The notes beneath the pieces were generated by a model. It was not told the origin of the DNA and ran no database searches. It saw only the letters and a list, made by a program, of their open reading frames with translations. From the NCBI GenBank assembly GCA_044892505.1, contig CM097884.1:11346001-11410000 (forward strand): a stretch of DNA of 64,000 nt, read 5' to 3'. Numbering within the stretch: position 1 is the first letter of the stretch; every line of letters starts with the position of its first letter. This document shows positions 12,501-22,934 of the stretch, one piece after another. This DNA comes from Schmidtea nova (Eukaryota). A program made the position numbers and the translations under genes.

Positions 12501-13654
12501 TGATTATAATTCACTTCGACAAAATATTGGTTTTGATATAGCTAACTCAACAAAGACCTCTGAGATAATAATTAACCCCTAACAGTTCCTAAGTGAACCC
12601 CGAAACCAAAATCACCCCTCCCAAAATCGACCATCAACGCTACCTAGTGCTTGAAGCATAATTCAAACTGCCAGATAATCATTAGATATACTAAAAATCG
12701 GTGGAATACAAAAATTTTCATTTAAAGAAAAACATACATGAATAATATATATTTTATTGTGGTAAATTATATTAAAGAAGAAAACTCGCGAGCTTGAACT
12801 TTATTTTAGTCCAAGAAAAATCTTCAACAACAAATTCTCAAATTTGAGTTTCGTTTTTCCACCAGGCACTCAATAGAAATTCATAGACATCGAAATGTGA
12901 GAGCATTATTACGAGAAAGGCATTGTTCGCCTGGGATTTTTCTTTGAGAAGTGTGAGAGGTCACGGTTAATCTATGAATTCTTCTTGAGGTATCTGACTT
13001 ATGAAATTTCATGATATTTTAGTTATTAAACTTCAGTTAAGATCCATGCAAACTAAAAACTACCAAGTGATAAAACATTTTCTTTTAAAATAAAATTCCA
13101 TTTCCAAAAATGATCATTATCGTTATTAAACTGTTAAATTCCACGAAAAATAAAAACTACCAAATGACAAAACATTTTCTTTTAGAATAAAATTCCATTT
13201 CAAAAAAATTCAGATTCGATTATAGCATATTGCGAGTTTTGAAAATAAATCAGAATATTTTCTTTTGTTTTCGGATGCGCTGGTTGCCATGCTAGATAAA
13301 ACAAGTCTGTATTGCATTGGGCTCATAACTTGTTTAACAGGTTCCCTGTTTTTCTGAATAAAACCTGGTCGAATATCAAACGCCAAGTTCGTCCTTCTGG
13401 CGTGGAAAATATTATTTTCTAAAAACGATCAGATGAGAGTTGCCTAAAAAACCAAAATGTAAAACTTACGATAAAATCTTGGAAATTGATTTGTAATACA
13501 AATTTTGTATTCCCTTCAAAGATAAATCAATAATTGTCTAAATTGGAAATTGAATTCCATACTCCAAATCCACCAATCACAAGTGATGATTTCTTGTATT
13601 TTCACCTATATAGTTGACAGTGATTGAGGATTTCTACCAATACCTTTAACCTGG

Positions 13655-14212
13655 GTGGTGGAGATCTTGGTGGTAGAGCTTGAGGAAATACACAAGTTAT
13701 TGCTCGAAAATGCAAGGCACAATAAGAAGATCGACGCACGTTTGGCCGAACTGGAAGCGAAAGGATTGTCCAACACAGACGCACTCCAGCTGATGACCAG
13801 CCGAATGGAGAGATTTCGGGCCCGCTGTCGCGAAATGAAAGCGACATGGTCCAACAAAGAAACAGTAGGCCGATTAAAAAAGCAAAATCAACTACTTATT
13901 CAACAAGCCGCCGAAGACGCAATGAGATTGCGGGCGTGTCGTGTCTCAATGCGAGAGCAGGAGCTCGTGAATGAGAAACTAAGGGTAGACAGTGGCATCA
14001 TCTCGGCCATACTACCGAAATCTCAGCCTCCACCTCAGGAATTGTTCCCGGTGAGAGTGGAGGAAGAAATCGCAGCAGCAGTAGCTCCGACCAAGCCAAA
14101 GCGATGGAGGCCAAGTAAAGGAGCAAGAGCCAGGAATAAGCGTCGCCAAGAAGCGTCGCCAAGAAGCGCGAGTGCTAGGCCAGTTGAGAGTAGAGGCCTC
14201 GAAAATCATTGA
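13655..14212 (+). CDS. ~185-aa coiled-coil protein with Arg/Lys-rich tail; related to ORF 43537-44097; probably TE (LTR)-borne; start codon uncertain
   Basis: GC-rich open frame in AT-rich context; MKATWSNKETV vs IKTTWFNPERV; AATAAA at 14258; 13-bp duplication at 14141-14166 shifts the tail frame. Confidence 0.55.
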   Translation: MVEILVVELEEIHKLLLENARHNKKIDARLAELEAKGLSNTDALQLMTSRMERFRARCREMKATWSNKETVGRLKKQNQLLIQQAAEDAMRLRACRVSMREQELVNEKLRVDSGIISAILPKSQPPPQELFPVRVEEEIAAAVAPTKPKRWRPSKGARARNKRRQEASPRSASARPVESRGLENH

Positions 14213-14447
14213 TTTCAACATTGATTTGACCAGTACACACATTTGATTTGATCCTATAATAAATGTTGTTTTATGTTACAATTATAAGTTTTCAATTATG
14301 TTTTTTTTTGTTTGTTTGAATGAGGTTACAGATGAAAATAAAATAGATCAAATAAATTAGTTGATGAATAAATAAATCACGGTTTAGCGAAAATATTCAA
14401 ATGGAGATCTTGTGTTAAAAATCCACAGCGATAGAGCGTTTAATTTA

Positions 14448-14684
14448 AAGGGACAAAAATGGGCAATAAACCTTCTATCGGTAGCCCTTGGACCCAGGAG
14501 ATATTCGGTCAATCATAGTTTCGTATTGACGACGCTCACTGATTGCGAATACCCACCCATTTGTAGCATTACCAACGTTACTTAGTGGCGGGCAACAAGA
14601 TGGTTATTTCAATGTTTTGTATGTTGAGTTGTTGATACGAGCCATGGTAACGTCAAGGTCATATTGACGATCAACAACCCACCA
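14448..14684 (+). repeat. ~235-bp conserved dispersed non-coding repeat, copy a
   Basis: AAGGGACAAAAATGGGC...GGACCCAGGAGAT...TTGACGATCAACAAC(C/A)CACCA recurs at 42891-43118 (+) and 48970-49205 (-). Confidence 0.9.
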
Positions 14685-14899
14685 TATAAAAATTTGGGGG
14701 CTCAGCCGGGATTTAGTTTGCTTTGTTTGGGAAAAACAAAAATCAACAGAAATGATTTTACGTGGGAATTTATTAATGTTTTTGCGTTAGAAAGATAAAA
14801 ATATTTAAAAGAAAAACGAGATTTAGTAAAAGTTTTTTTTAAAAAATCGATAAACATTTGAATATTTTCGACGAAAACGGCAAAAATTTATGTTTGATT

Positions 14900-15121
14900 A
14901 TTGATATTATTTATATTACTATTATTATTATCACAACGATATTTATTTTATACCAGTATGAGTATTATTATTAAGATTATAATTATAATCAGTATTGATA
15001 TTGGTACGATTATTATTATTATCATTATTGTTATTGTTATTATTATTATTATTATTACGTTTACCATCATTATCATGATTACGACTATTATTATTATTGT
15101 CATTATTATTATTTGATAATA

Positions 15122-15160
<39 letters not shown>

Positions 15161-15200
15161 GGTAAGATTATGATTAGTATTATGATTGGAATCGCGAATA
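14900..15200. repeat. Degenerate (ATT)n low-complexity tract
   Basis: Direct inspection; a similar tract lies at 15961-16030. Confidence 0.9.
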
Positions 15201-15827
15201 GTATTTTAGACGAGATTTAAATTGAAAAATAGGAAAAATCGAGAAATTTTAAACAGAATCACCGCGGAAATGATAAAATTGAAAGCCAAAACGCGATTTT
15301 TAAGCCCCAGGAGCAGTCAATGATCGAAAATGAAAATAAATAGCAACTTTAGAGCGTAGAATAGGGGTCTCCAATACAAACAAACGGCAAATATAACAGA
15401 AGATAAAAAGTTGAGCCGGAGTGGGTTAAAAGTGTATAAAAATCGCGGGTAAAAGAGTCAAAAGATCAAACCGCGACTAATGAGTCCCACGAATAGCCGA
15501 TAATCGGAAATGTTATCAAGTAACGTCAATAGAGCGTAGAAAATGAGTACGCAGTCCAGGCAAGTGAAAAATATGGTAAAAGATAAAACGCGACACTGGT
15601 ATCGACGAAAAGTCTAGAAAATCGCCGCTAAGAAACCAGGAAATTTGGATAAAATTACTGAATTTTAACCTGGAAATATCCATGACTTTATAAATATTGG
15701 AATTAGTAGTATCACCATTTCAACAATAACAGCAGCAATTTAGCAAATAATATCAAAATAAAACTCACTTATTATATTTTTATTATAATTATTACGTAAT
15801 AATATATAAGAAATATATTGGTTAAAT

Positions 15828-15960
15828 NNNNNNNNNNNNNNNNNNNNNNNNNNNNNNNNNNNNNNNNNNNNNNNNNNNNNNNNNNNNNNNNNNNNNNNNN
15901 NNNNNNNNNNNNNNNNNNNNNNNNNNNNNNNNNNNNNNNNNNNNNNNNNNNNNNNNNNNN
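15828..15960. other. Assembly gap (N run)
   Basis: Run of N. Confidence 1.
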
Positions 15961-16030
15961 CTGTTGTTGTTATTGGTATTATTATTACTATTATTACTGA
16001 TGTGATTGTGAGTAGTATTGGTAATATCGT

Positions 16031-16115
16031 AATTATTGCTGACGATATTGGCGTTATGTTGGTTGATCTAGATTCTAGATCAACCAACATAACGCCAATA
16101 TCGTCAGCAATAATT
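16031..16115. repeat. Perfect 85-bp palindrome (42-bp arms, 1-nt spacer)
   Basis: 16031-16072 is the exact reverse complement of 16074-16115. Confidence 0.95.
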
Positions 16116-16158
16116 TTACTTTATTTAATATTTAGTTTTATCAAAGGATTTCATGTTT

Positions 16159-16674
16159 CTATAAGGTATTGAATGATGGAATTTTTTGTCTTATTTCCCA
16201 ACACAAAATATGGATCCCTTTTATTATTTCATTATTTTGTGTTAGTAATGGCTGATTCAACTTTACTTCCAATTTTCCAATGATATTCAATACGTTATGC
16301 GTCATTGATTTAATATTTTTTGTTGTTGGCTTTATTTTCGCCTTTTCCAGTCTCGTTAAAAGACTTGCCGATACTATACTGTGACTTGAGCCTGAATCCA
16401 ATAACGCTTCTACTTTTCGTTCATTAAACTGTATGGCTACTCTGGGTTGCTTTCCTCCTAATTCTATTGTCATCAATGCGTAATTACATGGTAACCCCAG
16501 CATGTTCTTTCTTTCAATTTCGGCATTTGATGGTTCAATCTTTTCTAGTTCAATTTGAATCTCATCAACTGGCTTCATTTCTCTCAAGTTTTCACTTGGG
16601 TATATTGGAGCTGTTGGTATAAATGTCGGTGTGTACCATTTAGAAAGAGTATCAATTCTGGTTAGTTTTGGCAT
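16159..16674 (-). pseudogene. Element C retropepsin (aspartic protease), downstream of env
   Basis: RVAIQFNERKVEALLDSGSSHSIVS...IIGKLEVKL; same frame as the env tail ORF (16822-17040), separated by one TAA. Confidence 0.9.
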
Positions 16675-16821
16675 TAATTCAAGAAAGACCCTGGATTCGG
16701 GTTCTATTCTCCTTTTTATTATGCTCCTTCGAAAAGACTCTTGCTCTGATCTACCGCCATTGTTCTCATTATTATGGCCATTATTTCTCTCATCGTAGTC
16801 GCATAGTAATTCTTCACTTTT

Positions 16822-18659
16822 TTAATCATTTCTCAATTGTGCTCGTACATTTTCTATTTCTTTATATTGATGATTTGTGATGAAAAATCGAGCCAAAAAT
16901 GGAATACAGCCAATAATCATTTTCCATGACCATCCGGAAATTGTATATATTCTATGAGCTGATAATACTTGCGACATTATTACCTTTACCGTTACTGCAA
17001 TTACATAAATGCCAATTAAACCTGCACATGCTTGTCCCAAAAAACATAAATTTACCCCAAATCTTTTCCATTGTTTTATAAGTAGCTCTTTTAAAATGAT
17101 CGGGTGTTAGCAAATATTCGTAATTAACTTTTCCTTCTCTATTCAGCAATATCGTGTCAATCATTTCTGAAATCACCCGTTCCTTTTTTGACGGAAATAA
17201 CAAATTTCTCTGGGCTTCTTCAATGTTTTCGCTGGCATACAGCCCATTTGTGCCATTTTATTCATTGATGTAAAATTTATTAAATATTCAAAATTCGTCA
17301 ATTCCAATTTGTCCGGTGTTCTTACTCCTCGGTAATCTGGTAGCACTATCCACGAATCTTGTGCTAAGCGATATAATGGAGCTAATAATCGATTACATTG
17401 TAAAGTTTTTGTTTAACTTGTTCCTCCAGCAATATTCGGGTTATAGGTTCCATAAATCGTAGTTTCCCGCCAACACTTACTGGCAATTCATTTGTACATT
17501 TCTCATATTTTGCGATTTTTACTGTAATTTCTTTGCATCGGTAACTGTATAGCGCTTCTCCAAAGATTCTGGCAAATACACCATTTTCTGATATTACCAT
17601 GGGTGCTACTAAATTTGGGTTTGTAATCGCCATCGCCATTCGATTTCGAAATATTTCTTTATTCAATTTACAATCGTTCAAGATCATTTTTCTATATATG
17701 TTCTCCATGGTATTTTGGCTAAAATGAAATAAATAATCAATTTTATTATTAAAATAATGAGTTAGTTTGATATCATCCCTGTTGATTCTCGTTTTCGCTT
17801 CATGTACAATCGTTTTTGTCAGATATATATCCTTTGTAATTCGTTACATAGACTGTTTGACCATATTTGCTCGTAATCTCTTTTTTAATAAAGCGCATGC
17901 TGTTCGTTGGCAAGGTTGACATTAAAACCGTTGCCGTTTGTCTCGTCCAAACTGGAGGTGATCTGAATGTGTTATTCGGTTTTTAAATTACGTTAAAACT
18001 GTCTGGTCTCTCCTTAAACTGCTCTCCGGTTAATTCCTTGAAATTCATTGATTTTAAATGAGCTAAGTTACATATATTGGTTTTAACATCGTAAACAAGA
18101 ATTGATCCTCCCGTGTGACAACTAGTTTGTTTCATGTTACAAAATGGATGAGTTTGTAGTTTTCCGGTATCATCATCAAAAGATCCTTCAAACATTCTCA
18201 ATTCTGTTAAGTATTCCTCTATTACCACTGTTTGTTTAATTACTTTCACATTTATTCACCTTCACAGTCACCATCTGATTTCATCACTCCCTTCACAACC
18301 AACGTTTCTCGAATTTGATGATTCAGTTTCGCTTTTAATCGAATTTCAGGACTGATTTTTAATTCTCCCGTTTGAAAAGCTGTTAAGCAATTTTCTGGCA
18401 ATACATCCACCGGTCGTGGAATGGCGTGCATTTTGATTAATGACGTATGGCTCTATTTACCACAGAAGAATACAAAAGTAGTTCGTTTCACAATGCATTC
18501 TCTAACTTTGGTACGCTGTAAATCTGACTCTTGATACACATGGTATTTTACTTCGTTTTCAATCTTTAATTTTCGAGGGTATGCGTTAGGGCCCTCTGAC
18601 ATGTCAACCACTGAGTAAACTTTCCCCATTTCTGTTTTTGAGCAATTGTATGCAACTAA
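16822..18659 (-). pseudogene. env: Element C envelope glycoprotein, chuvirus/herpes gB-like (class III fusogen), with stops and frameshifts
   Basis: AYNCS...YQESDLQRTKVRECIVKRTTFVFFCGK*SHTS; DGDCEG; DCKLNKEIFRNRMAMAITNP; GEALYSYRCKEITVKI...CTNELPVS...FMEPITRIL; IWGKFMFFG + GLIGIYVIAVTVKVI (TM) + IYTISGWS; same motif order as I recall for chuvirus-type G proteins. Confidence 0.85.
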
Positions 18660-20459
18660 GGACGTCGTTTGCGTAATAACTGCACATAGAATAATCATCA
18701 TAAACATTACCCAAGGGAATATCATCGTTTTACTCAGTTTTAAACTTACTCTCTCGTTCAATTGCCTTTGAAGTGAATACTCATCTTCTGTTTTCTTTCT
18801 TTTCTTTATTATAGATAAATTTAATGCTTTCCACCCTCCAAGCTCTCTTAGCCAATTAATTAAAGACTCATTTAATAGTTGAGCCACAATGTCAATTAAA
18901 TTATCAAGCTTGTCTGACTTTGTAAATGCGTGAATACCGATCTCTGAAACAACGTAGGTTATGATTGTTAAAACTATTTCTTTATCAATCCCATTTTTGA
19001 TCACATCTTCTATTACTTCGTATTTACAAAATTTATCCTCTTTGCCAAATTTCCGCACTACTTCTGGAAGTCTGATTTTCACTTCTTCTACTATTCCTTT
19101 CAATTCCTCTTCCGTTTCTGTCTTTATTTTTAGAATTGGATATACGATTTTAACTAAATTTCTTATTACATTACTTGTTTCGTCAACTTCCTGCTCTAAT
19201 TTTATTAAATTTTTCTTCATCTCATAAAATGTTCTAGGTTTCGTATTCTCATTTTTTATTTCTTCTTTTTCAATATTCGTCTCTTCGATAATTGTCGTTT
19301 CTGCTGTCTGAGCATTTTTATTAGTCCCCTTTTCACCATCAACATCAGTAACTATTTCAATTTCGCTTTCCTTTATTTGTTCTGTTTGCCCATCTGTATC
19401 TGAAAATTCAACTTTGTCAAGCATTTTCGAATTAAATTCTTCATTTGCTATTATTCGATTTATTAAATACCCTTGGCTTCCATTAGTGCTTAAATACCCA
19501 TATTCATCCAATTCCTGTGGCACGTATCCACAGTCATATAAATATTCACCGTCATCAAGTTCTTCACCTTTATATCTCAACAATATAATTCCATTTTTAC
19601 CTAACATTTCCGCAGCTCTTTTACGTACTTTTCGAACTTTTGTACACCAGTGTTCCTCTACATACTCCGCTTTCCCAATATCTTCATATTCTATTGCAAT
19701 TGTTAACAAATTTACCTCAACTCTATCTTTTCTAAGCTCTTTACCCAATTTTCTCATTATTCTCTTTAAACATTTTCTATATCCCGTTCTTCTAAACAAA
19801 TAAGGTCGTATCACATTAACAAGTTCTAATTTCTCTTCTTGGCTAAATTCAGATTCCTCAATTAATTTTACTATCTCATTAATTTCATTTTCGTCACCAA
19901 TATATAAAACATCAGATAGCTCCCTTACTTTTTCCATCGGTTCATTTTTTATAATTTCACAGTTACTCATCATACTGGCTATTTGTAATTCATTTTTATT
20001 TCCTCGTATAAAACCACAGTCTATTAAATATGCATCGTTTTTTAAATCTCTATTCTTAAACTTTAATTTGACTACCCAGCCTTCATATTTCTCTCTTAGT
20101 CTCTTTTTAAAATCTTTTGCACAATGATAGGCTTCATAACGACAAGTAATTACATTTTTATCATTTTCATTAACAACATCAATAAAAATAAAATCTAACC
20201 ACTTATTTTCCCGAAAAGATTTTCCAAATTTTCTCATCAATTCTTTAATTTCATCTCTATTTGTTACATTTATTTGATAATAATTAGCACACAAATTAAT
20301 CACGCCTTTCAATTTTCTCATACTCAGCGACATTTGACTCAGGTTTTTAATCGATACCAATATTTTAGATGATTCTTCCACACTAGCTTCTAGTAATTTC
20401 TCAAGTCTTTTCATCATCAATGTAGCTTTTTCACTTTCTAAATCTTCTGTTGTACTCAC
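18453..20459 (-). CDS. Element C 668-aa ORF: two (helical + ubiquitin-like) repeats, acidic linker, Bcl-2-like domain, TM/signal peptide, env N-terminus
   Basis: Ubl-like LKFKNRDLKNDAYLIDCGF and LRYKGEELDDGEYLYDCGY; BH2-like LLNESLINWLRELGGWKAL; hydrophobic MIFPWVMFMMIILCAVITQTTS; then env AYNC. Confidence 0.75.
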   Translation of the reverse strand: MSTTEDLESEKATLMMKRLEKLLEASVEESSKILVSIKNLSQMSLSMRKLKGVINLCANYYQINVTNRDEIKELMRKFGKSFRENKWLDFIFIDVVNENDKNVITCRYEAYHCAKDFKKRLREKYEGWVVKLKFKNRDLKNDAYLIDCGFIRGNKNELQIASMMSNCEIIKNEPMEKVRELSDVLYIGDENEINEIVKLIEESEFSQEEKLELVNVIRPYLFRRTGYRKCLKRIMRKLGKELRKDRVEVNLLTIAIEYEDIGKAEYVEEHWCTKVRKVRKRAAEMLGKNGIILLRYKGEELDDGEYLYDCGYVPQELDEYGYLSTNGSQGYLINRIIANEEFNSKMLDKVEFSDTDGQTEQIKESEIEIVTDVDGEKGTNKNAQTAETTIIEETNIEKEEIKNENTKPRTFYEMKKNLIKLEQEVDETSNVIRNLVKIVYPILKIKTETEEELKGIVEEVKIRLPEVVRKFGKEDKFCKYEVIEDVIKNGIDKEIVLTIITYVVSEIGIHAFTKSDKLDNLIDIVAQLLNESLINWLRELGGWKALNLSIIKKRKKTEDEYSLQRQLNERVSLKLSKTMIFPWVMFMMIILCAVITQTTSLVAYNCSKTEMGKVYSVVDMSEGPNAYPRKLKIENEVKYHVYQESDLQRTKVRECIVKRTTFVFFCGK

Positions 20460-20589
20460 AATTTTCGTTTCAGTTTCTTACATGTCTTGCTGCGATCCAT
20501 ACATCATGTGATTATCCAATTCATCATCGGATTCAAACTTGGACATTAGACGATCAAACGTCGACCCTTTTATTTCACTTGATCTTCAA

Positions 20590-21854
20590 TATTTTCGTTG
20601 AAATCATCTGATTGTACATAAGCAACATTGCCTGTTTTCATTTTATCATTTTGGAATCTAATTGATTTTTTCAATATAGGTTTCTGAAATTTGTCGACAT
20701 TTCTCGGGTATGATCTAGCCATGTGTCCATAGCCTCTACAGGAATGGCATTGAATTTGACCTTGAAGGTTCGCTCTATCTCTTTATGGGGATGGTGAAGT
20801 TGATGAAAACCTCGATCTAGCAAAACAATTCCGTGAGACATGTCCATTTCTTCCACAATTTTAGCATTGTACATTATCATTATTTCGCTGATCCTTAATA
20901 TTCATTTTATTAAAACTTTTCTCACCGTTACCTTTCATCCACTGCGGCCACATTCGTTTTGGGCTTCGTTGAACATTATTTTTAGACCAGCATTGAGTGC
21001 TGTTATGTCCCATCCTTTGACAATAATCACACTGGATTGGAGTTGGACTTTTTGGAGATCTATTTTTGAGATGATGTCCTATCCGTTGACAATGGCTGCA
21101 TTGGAATGGCCTCTTCTTTTCATCAATTTGAACATTTGTTAATTTATTTGGCTCAAATCTTTGGTGATAGACTAATTGATTGCTGCAGCCGATTGTTTCT
21201 GACTGGAGTTATGGATCTTTCTCTGGGTTCATTTATGATGGCAAACGATTCTGATTTTGGCTGTGAGCTTTTCAAATTCAACTCAATTTTCATCGCCTTT
21301 TTGATCAATTCATCAAAGTTATTGAAGTCCACATAACATAATGCCTTTTTGATCTCCTTTTTGACTCCCGTTAAGAACTGGTCTTGTAACAATTCCTTCA
21401 CCTGCTTTGCCACTTCAATCTGTTCCGGTTTTACTTCGAATGCTTTCTCTGTAAGAGTTGTCAAGTGGTACGCAAATTTACTTACCGATTCATCTGATTT
21501 TTGCACTCGGTTATAGAACTTGTGCCGCATTATTCGTTTTATATCCCCTCCAATTAGTTTCGCGGCTAAGGCATTTTTCAATTTCATCCAGTCACTTGCA
21601 ATTGTTCTTTTGTCAATTTGTTGCCAGGCTTCTCTTGCTGCTCCCTTTAAATATAGTGGCAGCCTTTGCACCAATGTCGCTTGGCTCCATCCGTAGGCTG
21701 TGGCATACATGTAGTAATCCGCCAAAAAATCAACGAATTCCACCGGATCGCCTCCGTATTGGTTTACTGACAGTTTTTGGCAGCTAGCATAGTCATTGCC
21801 ATTTCCGTTGCTGGTAGACATGGGCGTGTCATCATGATTGTTTGAGTTACTCAT
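20590..21854 (-). pseudogene. gag: Element C gag (capsid plus four CCHC-type zinc knuckles), frameshifted near 21155
   Basis: YGGDPVEFVDFLADY...QRLPLYLKGAAREAW; CSHCQRIGH, CDYCQRMGHNSTQC, C*NCGRNGHVSRNC, CHSCRGYGH. Confidence 0.85.
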
Positions 21855-22337
21855 TTTGGTTTCTGGTTGTCTGCTACTTCGTAATTCGTAAAATGGTCGG
21901 TTTGGTACAACTTTTACTCTTCTAAATTTTAATATATCAATTATAAAATTTACCTTTTATTTAAATTTTCAACAGTAAAAATCTTTCCACAAGTTTCCAA
22001 CAAACTTTTTCTAATCCTTGATTCAATTTACCGACTCTGCTCACGTCGGAATTTAACAAAATTTTCTCGATAAATTAATTTTCAGTTTTCAACAATAAGC
22101 CACCCACTTTTGATCAATTTCACAATTTCAAAACTTTATAAATTTGACAAATAACTTTGAATAAATTTCACCGACTCTGTTCACGTCGGAATTTTACTGC
22201 AACTTTCAATTTCTTTTCGACAATAAATATCTAATTTCTTTTTGGAAATGCTTCACCGACTTTAAACACGTCGGAATTTATCAATAATTTTCTTTTAATT
22301 CTTTATTATTTTTTTTCAACAAATTTTCACCGACTCT

Positions 22338-22356
22338 GATCACGTCGGGCTCACCA
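22338..22356 (-). promoter_or_regulatory. Element C primer-binding site, tRNA-Trp-like
   Basis: TGGTGAGCCCGACGTGATC located 4 nt after the LTR-terminal CA; tRNA-Trp PBS consensus is TGGTGACCCCGACGTGAT. Confidence 0.8.
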
Positions 22357-22360
22357 AATA

Positions 22361-22934
22361 TGTTGGGTTATTAACGAGCAGTCGGTAATATCTGACTCCT
22401 GTGTTCTCTTTTAATCACGAAAATAAATGAAACCCAACACAATAACTTTATATATATTTTCAAATGAACAACAACACTTTTTATCACAGAAAGTTACTAA
22501 TGCTCTGCACTCTTCCGCGTGAGGGTAGAACACCCAATGGGATATCTCCCTCTCTGGCACGCAAGAAGATTAAATTCAACTTCTATCTTTGGTTTCTCTA
22601 CACGTTCCTCAGAATAGCTTTTAGTTGTTGTTTATTCTTTCTGTTTATTCTTTCTGTTTATTTCTTTCTGTTTATTCTTTCTGTTTATTCTTGAAATTTA
22701 TCTTTGACCACTTTGGCGTGTGCCGAAATTTTGACTTGCCTTTTAGAGTGATTTTTCGATTGTTTCTGTCACACCTTAATGAATCTGTCAATTACAAAAT
22801 AAAGTGGAAGTTGCCGCTAAGTGGATTTGCGGCTTCTTTCCCCGGGGCACCCTTAAATTTTTCCATTAACTTTAATTAATCGATTTGCAGATGCCACGGG
22901 TTTCCCATATCGCTCGGGTTTCCTACTAGCTCAG
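22361..22934 (-). repeat. Element C 5' LTR, PBS-proximal half
   Basis: Ends ...AACCCAACA next to the PBS; contains a 13-bp AATAAA-bearing array and the start of a 17-bp minisatellite that continues at 42232. Confidence 0.65.

Noticed and set aside
14901-15116. Poly-Ile membrane-protein-like ORF
   Set aside because: Translation of an (ATT)n tract
22028-22356. CRISPR-like repeat/spacer appearance
   Set aside because: Eukaryotic context, unequal AT-rich spacers, no cas genes; the repeats overlap a retrotransposon PBS
22361-22439. 79-bp TGTTGGGTT...AACCCAACA segment as the complete LTR of element C
   Set aside because: LTR-like features (poly(A) array, minisatellite, TGTT/AACA end at 42599) extend further; not fully excluded because no 3' LTR is available
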